NCBI RefSeq assembly: GCF_026571515.1
Contig: NW_026861124.1
Span: 62,001-126,000 of the forward strand
Reading direction: 5' to 3'
Length of the DNA stretch: 64,000 bases
DNA from: Ruditapes philippinarum
Taxonomy: Eukaryota
Shown here: positions 58,501-63,712 of the stretch, piece after piece
Layout of the letters: every line of letters starts with the position of its first letter
Position numbering within the stretch: position 1 is the first letter of the stretch
Made by a program: the position numbers and the translations under genes
Notes under the pieces: model-generated
What the model was told of the DNA's origin: nothing
Seen by the model: the letters and a program-made list of their open reading frames with translations, nothing else
Databases searched by the model: none

Positions 58501-61500
58501 GACATGTTTGCAGATGACACCACACTTACAGCATCAGGACATTCACCACAAGAACTACATGATAAACTTCAAACCAACCTCAAACATGTAAACAAATGGT
58601 GCATACAAAATGCAATGGTCTTAAATACACAGAAAACAAAGGCAATGCACCTTACATCAAATAATACACAGCTTCATTTACCACCTTTACACCTTCAAGA
58701 TCAAATGATCCAATTTTCTGAAACCGAAAAGTTACTAGGTGTTTTTGTCGATAGTAAACTAAAATGGAAAATCCAAATAGAAATGATACTTAAAAAATGC
58801 AACTCTCAGTTATACCTACTTCTCAGAATCAAGCAATACCTAGACTTACATGCAAGAAAACTATTCTTTAACTCATACATCTTACCACACCTAGATTATT
58901 GCTGTACTATCTGGGGCAATTGCAGCAATGATCTGATCAATGAAATCATAAAATTCCAAAAAAGAGCAGCAAGAATAATTCTAGATAAAAGTTTCGATGC
59001 ACCCTCCAGTGATTTGTTTAAAGAACTAAATTGGATGAGATTTGATGACAGAATGATATACAAAAAAGCAATCATAATGTTTAAATCTATCAATGACCTA
59101 CCATATCCACAATACATGCAAAGTAAATTCCAATTTGTTTACCAAAAACATGAGCGCAACTTAAGATCTACAAATAGTTTCAGACCTAGCTGTTCCACGA
59201 CCTAAGAAAAAGAATTTTTCAGAAAATCCCTAGTATACTCTGGCCCTAAATTATGGAATAATATCCCTCTTAACATAAGAAAATCGAAAAACAGTTTCAG
59301 GAATTTCAAGCTTCATATCTATCCTGGCATTTTTCATCATTAAATTAATCATTTTTATAACAAAATTAGAATCTTATCATTTTGATGTACCAACTAAAAC
59401 ATATTTCCCACTTTGTTTAATTTGATATGTACTTCTTTGACATGTTTTATGCTATGAATGGACTGTAAATTATTAACATGTATTTCTTGTTCTGATAATT
59501 TCAATGTACATTGTACTACAATGTTGTTGCAATTATTTCTGTTATATTGTAGTTGTATATATTGTAAATTATGTTTTTTCTTAGAGGCCCACATGGAAGA
59601 TTGGGAAACCAAATGTGTAGCCTCGATAAATAAAGCCTTTACTTACTTACTTACTTACTTACACTCTGACAGCGAAAGGGTTAATATAGTTTCCAGGATG
59701 ATGTCTGTGATCTTAAAAAAAAAAAAAAATATTATGACCACCATAGCATGCATTGTTTTCTCTTTATTAGACTGCTAAATTCAGTAGTTTAAACCCCGCT
59801 TAAGAGAGATTCTACAAAAACATTTTCTTATCTATGCAAGTGATAGATAGCTGTCTGTTTAAAATGTTGAGTACATTTTATTTAAATTGTTGTTAAAGGA
59901 ATGAAATTTCTTTTCTTGTAGACCTTTTTCCATTCTTGTTGTTGTAAATGTTTGGTATGATATAAGAAATAGTACACATTTTGCTCAGGGCTATTGGCAT
60001 TATAATAACCTCCCAGACAGCTGCAAAAATATAACAGATCTTGCAATAAACAAATATAATTTTAAAAGAAAATTTTTATTTTACATCACTGGCTTTCCAT
60101 ACCTCATAAAGGTGTTGTAAAAGACTTTCAGCATTAGACATTGTTGTTTTTCATTTTTTTGTTAACTAACGAAGATTGTGAATTCTTTGCAGATGGAACA
60201 CTTGTCACGGAAAGTTGTACAACATCTACGGACACATGTATTGATGATTACGCTGCCTGTAACGGAACTATTTGCAACTGTATCGCCGGATATCATTGGA
60301 ATGGCTCTATATGTAGTAAGTTTGATATATAGAGAATAATGAATGTTTGTAGGTTCAATACTGAATTTATTGAATGAGTATACTGAGATGATTAACAAAT
60401 ATACATTACAGTACCGGGATATGTGTTTCCAGTATAGATGAGAAAATGTATAAATATGTTTTTTAATAATAAAAAAAATATTTGCAAGAATGAATGTAAT
60501 GGAAAAGAAACAATTTGATAAACTATCTGAAATTTATCATGTATAAGAATACAAGAAAATATACATGGATAAACATCCCTAATTATCATGGACTTATAGA
60601 CTTACTCTTGAATTAAGAATATTTTGGGGTTTTCTCAGCTAATCTGTAGGTACAAACAAACTTTTACAGTTACATGCAGCTTCGAAACTAAGCGGAACAG
60701 ATTGACAAATCTATTGTAACAGGTATAGCACTGTGAAGCTGTAACAATAAGTTTGACTGGGAAAACACACATTTGCCAAGTTCCATATAACATCTAGTTT
60801 ATAAGGAAAATATAAACACCTTGTAATGTATGATTAATGAAAAATGTGGTCATGATAATTTATAATTTTTCAGCTGGCGAAAACTTATGTGATCCTTGTG
60901 ACCCTTCAAATCCAACATGCGCGTCGGGTTCAGTTTGCAGCTCAAGTACGTACAGATGTACATGTCCGCCTGATCAAGTACAGATCGGGAATGATTGTTG
61001 TAAGTACTGAGTCAAAATGTGTAAGATAAAACAAAAATTATTATAATACCTCCTTCAGAAGACATTTATGTTATTAGTTTAAAAGATATTTACAGGTAAT
61101 ATGGCCCTATATTAACAGTTGTTTTCATATATAACCTGAGCTGCTAGGTGAAGGTTATATTGCAAACTGTCTATATATGGCCATATTAAACCTGCCAAGA
61201 ATCTGTATAACAAATTTATAATAGAGCAAACTTCCTTTTTAGAGGAAAAAATTAGATTTCTTCATCAATTGACAGCACAGCAGTGTATATAAAAGTATAT
61301 AATACTAAAAAAACAGAATAGGGATCAACAAGGCAAAGGCAGCATAATATAGAAATAATTCTAAGTATGTCAATCTTTAGACATTTAACTAGTACATTGA
61401 GATATGACTTCAAATTTTGTTCTCTGTCATACGATATGGTAATTTACTCAAAAGCATCAGCTGTGAGATATAATATTATTACCAATCATAGGGTCCTGTT

Positions 61501-63712
61501 CTTCAACTGCTTTGTAGGAATAAAAAATATATTGTATTATTCAAAGTCATATTGTACTTTTTCCTCCAGATGGTACAATGGTTGGTGATCCATGCACGAC
61601 ACCGGACACATGTATACAAGATAATGCAGGTTGTAACGGCACCATCTGCGACTGTCTTCCAGGATTTTCACATAATGGCACTGTGTGTGGTTAGTAGTGC
61701 TAATGAAATTAATAATGTTATTTGAAAAAGGTTTTGATTTTTGTATATGTGTGATACTGATATTGCAGTTTTTGCATGTTGGAATATAAGGGGCAATACT
61801 GACATACCAGAGAGGCTGGTCAACCTGTACAAAGTCATAATAGTAATAAATAATAATCAATGGTTGACTGCTAAACTGTTTTAAGTCCTTCTTTATATCA
61901 TATAAGTTACTGCAGTTTTGCGATCAACCCACCATAAAACCATGCAGTCTGACTTGTCTTGAAACAGTTGGGTGTTAAATTTTAGCTTTTGTTTTACTAA
62001 AATTCCTAACATCATCATATAAAACTATATCCGATGAAATATTTTATATAGACTTTATAAATGGTAAAAGTATATTAATCTTATGGTCAATTCTAGAGGG
62101 AGTTGTCACATAGGATGTGTATGTTATTTACCACACTTGAGTATTGTATGTAAACAGAATTAATTTTTCTGAACAAAATATTATGCTGCTATTTTAAAAT
62201 ATCATTAAGCAATGATTTTCACCTTGTGCATGCACCATTCACCCTGAAAAAGAAATATACAAACAATTATTTCTTTTCATACAGGTATTTTGGCATTATT
62301 CTTTTTCAAAATTTAGACAATAGTTTGCAAACTACAGGCAGCAGATATACAGCTTTATAAACGTTAACATGACCATGTACAGTTCTTAAGTCAAATTTGA
62401 TCAAGTTCCACATCAAAAGTGTGAAAATAATGATATATTGAAAGATCAAAATTGATAAATTGAAAGATCAAAAATGAGATATTGTAAAATCAAAAATGAG
62501 ATATTGAAAAAATCAAAAATGGTATATTGAAAGATCAAAACTCTTCATGCAATATTCTTGAATAAAGCAAAAACTTTTCATAAATTGCATATTAAATTTT
62601 TACCAATCAAAGGATTAGTGTTACCATTTCCTGTATATTGCTATACTGTATGAGGTTATATCATTCTGTTTCCAGTGTTCTTGAATAATTAATATTAACT
62701 TGACAATTAGATTGCATAAAAATGTATTAATTCTTGTTGCAAAGGAAAAAATTTCTGATTTTTATTTTCATTGTGACTTAAATCATTTCTGGGATGCCTT
62801 TGTGACGGTCACCTAATTTCCAGGACAGTCCTGGACGTCCAAGACATTATGGCATGCATGCATATTTATTGGAAAATTTAAGTAGCCTACAGTGTTGAAT
62901 TTGCAGTGTATAATAAAAAATACATTTTTTATCTTTTTAAGTTGGAACTGGGCTTTGTGACCCTTGTGATACATCAGTATTAAATTGTGAGGACCCCTTG
63001 GAGTGCAGTTCTACCACATACAGGTGTGAATGTCCCTCTGGTACAGTACAGATAGATGGCGCCTGCTGTAAGTACATTTTATTAGTGGGACAATTGTAGC
63101 AACCCAATGAATCAATTAGTATTCACTTTCGCTGAATGCATTGATGTGCGATTATAAATTTGCATGGTGATTGTGATTATAAGTTTGCGTGAATAAGTCT
63201 GCATGATTTTGTGAATGAATCGGTAAAAAAAATTTTGTTTACATACATTGTTTAGACAGTGATGATAATGAGTTACAGGACGGAATATTTCAATTTTACA
63301 GGCACATGTTAGAACACAAGTTATAATATAAGTTTATTGCCAATCTATTTTTAGGTCCCTAATAAAGTCAAAATAAATCTAAATTATTGAAAATCATGGT
63401 CAAACTATACTCAGTAAAAACCTTTTCACTTGGGAAATTGTGAATTTTTTTCTTACTCTATAAATCAAAACATAGGGTATATTTAAATAGTGTAACGTTT
63501 TGATTATATAATTTTTATTATTTTTAGAAAAATTTTGGGTATATTTTAGTAGTGTAATATTTCAATTATATCATTTTCATTATTTTTAGATGGAACACTT
63601 ATTGGGGAGACTTGTACAAGTAGTTACGATGTATGTATTGATGATAATGCTGGATGTAATGGGACAATATGCAACTGTTTGCCTGGGTATTTCTTTAACG
63701 GCACTATATGTG
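4450..63712 (+). CDS. Partial giant multi-exon gene: ADAMTS/ADAM-type Cys-rich module followed by at least 59 tandem EGF/EB-like Cys-rich repeats (about 2,500 aa in window; 5' and 3' ends outside window)
   Basis: 58 clean AG...GT exons with compatible phases plus 3 garbled exon remnants. Repeat exons are 120-132 nt, phase 1-1, with conserved Cys spacing and no stops. No start, signal peptide or terminal exon seen. Confidence 0.9.
4638..4765. other. Assembly gap
   Basis: Run of N. Confidence 0.99.
5078..5111 (+). CDS. Exon N2 (34 nt), completes the GTxCG...C..G.CV motif
   Basis: ttacag|...|gtaaat, phase 0-1; VCRKGQCVFNT; bridges N1 in frame to the phase-1 array. Confidence 0.72.
5507..5632 (+). 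CDS. Lead EGF/EB-like exon L1
   Basis: ttgcag|126 nt|gtaagt; DVPLGENCECHSQCISNAVCDPDTLVCVCNECYYNNSGNCTE. Confidence 0.85.
5698..5817. mobile_element. Half copy of palindromic TGAGCCGCG MITE, interrupted by a HINE
   Basis: agccgcgtcatgacaaaaccaac...ggatccagaccagcctgc matches the left half of the full copies. Confidence 0.8.
5818..6095 (+). mobile_element. Truncated Helentron-associated (HINE/DINE-like) element
   Basis: ctcgacttttcg...gagctattgtagtcac plus (GGCGTC)n and one core repeat; same family as 12382-13640. Confidence 0.7.
6328..6450 (+). CDS. Lead EGF/EB-like exon L2
   Basis: tttcag|123 nt|gtaagt; KIPNGGECSEDVECKDPNALCINGTCQCKPCYYNNNGVCVK. Confidence 0.85.
6970..7101 (+). CDS. Lead EGF/EB-like exon L3
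   Basis: gtacag|132 nt|gtatag; QSNIGEQCNSTAQCKGDRTACDTESNVCVCETGYFIDDEANCVP. Confidence 0.82.
7392..7517 (+). CDS. Repeat exon A1 (divergent)
   Basis: 126 nt; VNGTICDRCIQQPDSCTQDGTTCSDRGFCECSNNTVEFNGEC. Confidence 0.85.
7864..7986 (+). CDS. Repeat exon B1
   Basis: 123 nt; YGTRVGESCTTEVDTCTDYYAECNGTVCDCVEGFSWNGTIC. Confidence 0.88.
8106..9248 (+). mobile_element. HINE-like element with about 5 internal ~145-bp tandem repeats
   Basis: (CCGT/CTGT)n microsatellite; ggtttcc unit anchor at 8315, 8460, 8604, 8749; 3' end ...gctcttgttt. Confidence 0.75.
9854..9979 (+). CDS. Repeat exon A2
   Basis: 126 nt; VGRTLCDPCDTSPSSCDDELVCSPETYRCECPSGHVQVGDTC. Confidence 0.88.
10733..10855 (+). CDS. Repeat exon B2
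   Basis: 123 nt; YGRFVTEPCTISLDTCVDDNAECNGTVCVCIANFVWNGSIC. Confidence 0.88.
10975..11277 (+). mobile_element. Degenerate short HINE
   Basis: gaagaataaggagagctattgtaatcac start and gctgtccttctgattgctcttgtt end, as in the 12382 family. Confidence 0.55.
11446..11571 (+). CDS. Repeat exon A3
   Basis: 126 nt; VGDSLCDPCDPAITTCDSSLVCSSDTYRCECPPGFVQIGDAC. Confidence 0.88.
11937..12025. mobile_element. Internally deleted TGAGCCGCG MITE
   Basis: tgagccacgtcacgaca...tgtcgtgacgtgactca termini. Confidence 0.75.
12157..13974 (+). mobile_element. Outer HINE-like element containing a nested HINE
   Basis: Subterminal IR atgtccccac/gtgggggcat, (CCGT)n, internal repeats, 3' hairpin gtgtcc-ttt-ggacac followed by agttctagttt. 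Confidence 0.8.
12382..13640 (+). mobile_element. Inner HINE-like element with 163-bp tandem repeats
   Basis: Subterminal IR ctcgactattc/gaatagtcgag, (GGCGTC)n, about 4 near-identical 163-bp units plus degenerate ones, 3' hairpin gctgtc-ctacc-gacagc; inserted in a T run. Confidence 0.85.
14073..14195 (+). CDS. Repeat exon B3
   Basis: 123 nt; YGTVVGESCTTLIDTCIDDNAACNGTVCDCLPNWVWNGSIC. Confidence 0.88.
15057..15182 (+). CDS. Repeat exon A4
   Basis: 126 nt; LGPDLCDPCDTSTTSCDSDLVCNPTTYRCECPTDEVQYDDEC. Confidence 0.88.
15582..15704 (+). CDS. Repeat exon B4
   Basis: 123 nt; YGTHVGDSCTTSLNTCIDDNAGCNGTICDCLPGFYFNGTIC. Confidence 0.88.
16209..16334 (+). CDS. Repeat exon A5
   Basis: 126 nt; VGEQLCDPCDPASSTCSNTLVCSSDRYRCECPTGFVQIGDLC. 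Confidence 0.88.
18028..18161 (+). other. Garbled remnant of repeat exon B5 (probably assembly error)
   Basis: ttttcag-tgggagaaattt... resembles the B23 start (atgggagaaatattgg); ...tgtattgcaggctctcttggaaaggaaactcat resembles CIAGxxWNGTH; frame not intact. Confidence 0.55.
19709..19828 (+). other. Garbled remnant of repeat exon A6
   Basis: gacccctgtgatccc (DPCDP), tgtagttcc, gtgaatgccc (ECP) and ggggacgcc recognisable among indels. Confidence 0.65.
20219..20341 (+). CDS. Repeat exon B6
   Basis: 123 nt; xGTRVGESCTTSLNTCIDDYAVCNGTVCDCKETYVWNGTHC. Confidence 0.87.
20823..20947 (+). other. Garbled remnant of repeat exon A7
   Basis: ttttag|atggacagaatctatgtgacccatgtgat (GQNLCDPCD), then indels; gaatgtccc...gaggtacagatt...gatgaatgc. 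Confidence 0.75.
21073..21560. repeat. (GAT)n-type microsatellite spanning the N gap at 21190-21437
   Basis: gatgatgac/gataat repeats on both sides of the Ns. Confidence 0.9.
21783..21905 (+). CDS. Repeat exon B7
   Basis: 123 nt; xGRLVTERCTTATDTCIDDNAECNGTVCDCVDGFTFNGSVC. Confidence 0.87.
22344..22469 (+). CDS. Repeat exon A8
   Basis: 126 nt; LGTDLCDPCDPTANTCNVDLVCNSDTYRCECPTNQVQIGDSC. Confidence 0.88.
23349..23471 (+). CDS. Repeat exon B8
   Basis: 123 nt; YGRLVGEDCTTSLDTCIDDNAVCNGTICDCEEGFHWNGTHC. Confidence 0.88.
24166..24291 (+). CDS. Repeat exon A9
   Basis: 126 nt; GGENLCDPCDPSSSFCDDPLVCSSDTYRCECPPGFVQIGDNC. Confidence 0.88.
24878..25113. mobile_element. Palindromic TGAGCCGCG-family MITE, diverged full copy
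   Basis: ~100-bp TIRs containing cagcatggatccagaccagcctgc. Confidence 0.85.
25410..25532 (+). CDS. Repeat exon B9
   Basis: 123 nt; YGTRVGESCLASLDTCIDDNAGCNGTVCDCNDGYFWNGTIC. Confidence 0.88.
26006..26128 (+). CDS. Repeat exon A10
   Basis: 123 nt (one codon shorter); VGTSICSPCDSSNPCDSDLECNPSTYRCECPADRVQIGNEC. Confidence 0.88.
26784..26906 (+). CDS. Repeat exon B10
   Basis: 123 nt; YGTRVTEPCTSDVDTCIDCNADCNGTVCDCVTGYTWNGSVC. Confidence 0.88.
27217..28167. mobile_element. Non-autonomous pogo/Tc1-mariner-like element
   Basis: TIRs CAGTTCAACTTTGTTCGCTAGAACTCGGA / TCCGAGTTCGAGCGAACGAAGTTCGACTG with TA on both sides; no transposase ORF. Confidence 0.8.
28628..28753 (+). CDS. Repeat exon A11
   Basis: 126 nt; LGTNLCDPCDLATTTCDDDLICNPNTYTCECPTDHVQIGDSC. 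Confidence 0.88.
28867..29057. mobile_element. TGAGCCGCG MITE, internally deleted
   Basis: tgagctgtgtcatgacaaaacc...ttttgtcgtgacgcggctca. Confidence 0.85.
29088..29210 (+). CDS. Repeat exon B11
   Basis: 123 nt; YGTQVTESCTTTLDTCTNDFADCNGTVCDCISGYSWNGSRC. Confidence 0.88.
29642..29767 (+). CDS. Repeat exon A12
   Basis: 126 nt; VGGNLCDPCDPLTVACDDGLECSTGTYRCECPDDEVQIGDNC. Confidence 0.88.
30782..30904 (+). CDS. Repeat exon B12 (3' end could extend into the donor minisatellite)
   Basis: 123 nt; YGTHVGDDCTTSLDTCIDDHAECNGTVCDCIEDWVWNGTHC. Confidence 0.85.
30890..31985 (+). repeat. 27-bp minisatellite (~40 units) derived from the B12 exon/intron junction
   Basis: Consensus TCTGGATCTCATTGTG|GTAAGTCTATG; begins with the exon end ggaactcattgtg|gtaagtct. 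Confidence 0.95.
32283..32408 (+). CDS. Repeat exon A13
   Basis: 126 nt; VGPNLCDPCDPLTESCDTGLVCSSTTYRCECPSGQVQIGDNC. Confidence 0.88.
33089..33211 (+). CDS. Repeat exon B13
   Basis: 123 nt; YGTRVGENCLSSHDTCIDDNAGCNGTVCVCDDDHVWNGTIC. Confidence 0.88.
33391..35357 (+). mobile_element. HINE-like element with about 11-12 internal ~145-bp repeats
   Basis: 5' agctcaccagag...ggtgagct, 3' ctggtaagc, hairpin agggcca-tca-tggccct followed by cttgttt; two alternating unit variants. Confidence 0.85.
35688..35813 (+). CDS. Repeat exon A14
   Basis: 126 nt; VGPNLCSNCDPNTDSCDTGLICNPVTYRCECPTGQVQYDDDC. Confidence 0.88.
36168..36290 (+). CDS. Repeat exon B14
   Basis: 123 nt; YGTHIGDSCTTSLNTCIDDNAGCNGTICDCLPGSTFNGTFC. 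Confidence 0.88.
37086..37349. repeat. 27-bp minisatellite, about 10 units
   Basis: ctttcctgacataaatataaccctcga repeats. Confidence 0.95.
37484..37609 (+). CDS. Repeat exon A15
   Basis: 126 nt; VGTQLCEPCDPNDSTCEQPLQCSSDTYRCECPPGHVQYDDEC. Confidence 0.88.
38283..38405 (+). CDS. Repeat exon B15
   Basis: 123 nt; YGRFVSEPCTSSLNTCIDDNAICNGTVCTCRDGWVYNGTIC. Confidence 0.88.
38556..38909. mobile_element. TTAA-flanked non-autonomous element (Kolobok-like); related ends near 4300 and 35902
   Basis: ttaaaaggaactccagtga ... tcagtggagtcagtttaa. Confidence 0.5.
38906..39513. mobile_element. TTAA-flanked non-autonomous element (piggyBac-like ends)
   Basis: ttaaccttttccc ... ggggtaaaaggttaa. Confidence 0.5.
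40029..40154 (+). CDS. Repeat exon A16
   Basis: 126 nt; VGPGLCDPCDPLTESCDSSLQCNPNTYRCECPTGQVQVGDTC. Confidence 0.88.
40520..40695 (-). mobile_element. tRNA-derived SINE fragment
   Basis: Homologous to 50130-50281 (aaccaaccagtactaagcaa...aaacaatgg...acagggttt). Confidence 0.55.
40809..40931 (+). CDS. Repeat exon B16
   Basis: 123 nt; VGTRVTDSCTTVINTCIDDYAECNGTVCNCVDGFVYNGSRC. Confidence 0.87.
41388..41513 (+). CDS. Repeat exon A17
   Basis: 126 nt; LGMELCEPCDPDTETCASNLVCSSDTYRCECPSNLVQVGDQC. Confidence 0.88.
41856..42092. mobile_element. Palindromic TGAGCCGCG MITE, full copy, TA TSD
   Basis: TA-TGAGCCGCGTCACGACAAAACC...GGTTTTGTTGTGACGCGGCTCA-TA. Confidence 0.9.
42868..42990 (+). CDS. Repeat exon B17
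   Basis: 123 nt; VGTRVGEECVTETDTCIDDNAECNDTICDCVDGFTWTGLLC. Confidence 0.85.
43629..43751 (+). CDS. Repeat exon A18 (divergent, 6 Cys)
   Basis: 123 nt; AGSIINDPCSPENPCSGVLVCNVNTSKCACPSNLVQIGDQC. Confidence 0.87.
44034..44156 (+). CDS. Repeat exon B18
   Basis: 123 nt; YGTLIGETCTTSLDTCIDDFAECNGTVCDCQDGYEYNGTFC. Confidence 0.88.
44185..44347. mobile_element. TGAGCCGCG MITE, 3'-truncated
   Basis: Left TIR, core and start of the right TIR. Confidence 0.8.
44516..44641 (+). CDS. Repeat exon A19
   Basis: 126 nt; LGTNLCDPCDPLASTCRSDLVCSSDTYRCECPDDEVQVGDNC. Confidence 0.88.
45499..45621 (+). CDS. Repeat exon B19
   Basis: 123 nt; YGTHVGDDCTTSPDTCIDDHAACNGTVCDCISCYSWNGTRC. Confidence 0.86.
45668..46028. 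mobile_element. TTAA-flanked non-autonomous element (Kolobok-like); paralogues near 16440 and 39510-39880
   Basis: ttaaaggcacattatgcttcagaaa ... tttctgaggcataatgggtctttta; shared internal gtagtattttgacttcc and ggccaatgagtaactttt. Confidence 0.6.
46267..47499 (+). mobile_element. HINE-like element with about 7 internal 156-bp repeats
   Basis: Subterminal IR tgtgtcgccttg/caaggcgacaca, (GGCGTC)-like microsatellite, hairpin tccg...cgga followed by gttctagttt. Confidence 0.85.
47697..47822 (+). CDS. Repeat exon A20
   Basis: 126 nt; HGQLLCDSCDPMSSTCDSSLVCNANTYRCECPTDEVQIGDDC. Confidence 0.88.
47848..48357. repeat. 18-19-bp minisatellite, about 27 units
   Basis: aatcattgataacaagaa(a) repeats. Confidence 0.95.
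48634..48756 (+). CDS. Repeat exon B20
   Basis: 123 nt; YGTHVGDRCTNVVNTCIDDYALCNGTICDCMAGTTWNGSIC. Confidence 0.88.
49251..49373 (+). CDS. Repeat exon A21
   Basis: 123 nt; VGSDLCDPCDSSDSTCAPNFVCGSSSRCECPDDEVQIGDKC. Confidence 0.88.
49640..49879. mobile_element. Palindromic TGAGCCGCG MITE, full copy, TA TSD
   Basis: TA-TGAGCCGCGTCATGAC...CATGACGCGGCTCA-TA. Confidence 0.9.
50085..50281 (-). mobile_element. tRNA-derived SINE
   Basis: Minus strand GGTGGCTGAGTGGTTAA (A box), GGGTTCAAACCC (B box), then a CORE-like ccctgagcaagaaacttta segment. Confidence 0.65.
50345..50467 (+). CDS. Repeat exon B21
   Basis: 123 nt; YGTRVTEACTTTLNTCVDCFAECNGTVCDCKDGYYWNGTRC. Confidence 0.87.
50983..51108 (+). CDS. 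Repeat exon A22
   Basis: 126 nt; NGENLCDPCDPSAPTCRSDLRCSPTTYRCECLTNEVQISDVC. Confidence 0.88.
51543..51665 (+). CDS. Repeat exon B22
   Basis: 123 nt; YGTHVTESCTTTTDTCTDDYAVCNGTICNCIEGFYWNGSLC. Confidence 0.88.
52016..52141 (+). CDS. Repeat exon A23
   Basis: 126 nt; VGEQLCEPCDPSDSTCVSPLVCSSTNDRCECPPGFVQYQSAC. Confidence 0.88.
52607..52729 (+). CDS. Repeat exon B23
   Basis: 123 nt; YGRNIGESCTTLLDTCIDDNAACNGTICNCVAGFYFNGTIC. Confidence 0.88.
53094..53219 (+). CDS. Repeat exon A24
   Basis: 126 nt; VGTQLCDQCDSSVISCSGDLQCSSDTYRCECPSDEVQIGDDC. Confidence 0.88.
53721..53843 (+). CDS. Repeat exon B24
   Basis: 123 nt; YGTHVGDDCTTNTDTCIDDYAVCNGTVCNCMAGYSWNGTRC. Confidence 0.88.
54591..54716 (+). 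CDS. Repeat exon A25
   Basis: 126 nt; VGSNLCDPCDPASSTCDSDLQCSTCTYRCECPDGFVQNSDIC. Confidence 0.87.
55556..55678 (+). CDS. Repeat exon B25
   Basis: 123 nt; YGTRVTEGCTTSLDTCIDDNAGCNGTVCDCNDGYSWNGTTC. Confidence 0.88.
55989..56114 (+). CDS. Repeat exon A26
   Basis: 126 nt; VGTDLCDPCDPSASTCAAPLVCGSTTEVCECPSNLVQIGNNC. Confidence 0.88.
56729..59660 (+). mobile_element. 5'-truncated, frameshifted non-LTR retrotransposon (CR1/L2-group LINE) ORF2: APE endonuclease + RT
   Basis: GYIYRPP, GDFN, IIDH, SDH (EN); LDLTKAFDLV, GVPQGSVLGPLLF, MFADDT (RT); AATAAA at 59629 followed by a (TTAC)n tail; candidate TSD ACACTCT at 56722 and 59661. Confidence 0.92.
60193..60315 (+). CDS. Repeat exon B26
   Basis: 123 nt; YGTLVTESCTTSTDTCIDDYAACNGTICNCIAGYHWNGSIC. 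Confidence 0.88.
60874..60999 (+). CDS. Repeat exon A27
   Basis: 126 nt; TGENLCDPCDPSNPTCASGSVCSSSTYRCTCPPDQVQIGNDC. Confidence 0.88.
61570..61689 (+). CDS. Repeat exon B27
   Basis: 120 nt; YGTMVGDPCTTPDTCIQDNAGCNGTICDCLPGFSHNGTVC. Confidence 0.87.
62430..62542. repeat. ~22-bp minisatellite, about 5 units
   Basis: gatatattgaaagatcaaaaat variants. Confidence 0.8.
62942..63067 (+). CDS. Repeat exon A28
   Basis: 126 nt; VGTGLCDPCDTSVLNCEDPLECSSTTYRCECPSGTVQIDGAC. Confidence 0.88.
63590..63712 (+). CDS. Repeat exon B28 (gene continues beyond window)
   Basis: 123 nt; YGTLIGETCTSSYDVCIDDNAGCNGTICNCLPGYFFNGTIC, donor gttagt. Confidence 0.87.

Noticed and set aside
7392-63067. Terminal CC dipeptide in A modules, as shown in the ORF track (e.g. 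DDCCK)
   Set aside because: The second TGT spans the donor (T|GTAAG); after splicing it becomes TAT/TAC (Tyr).
7392-63712. Dscam-style mutually exclusive exon cluster
   Set aside because: Two exon types interleave strictly and join in frame with a consistent linker; no constant flanking exons or docking/selector motifs seen. A constitutive tandem repeat is simpler.
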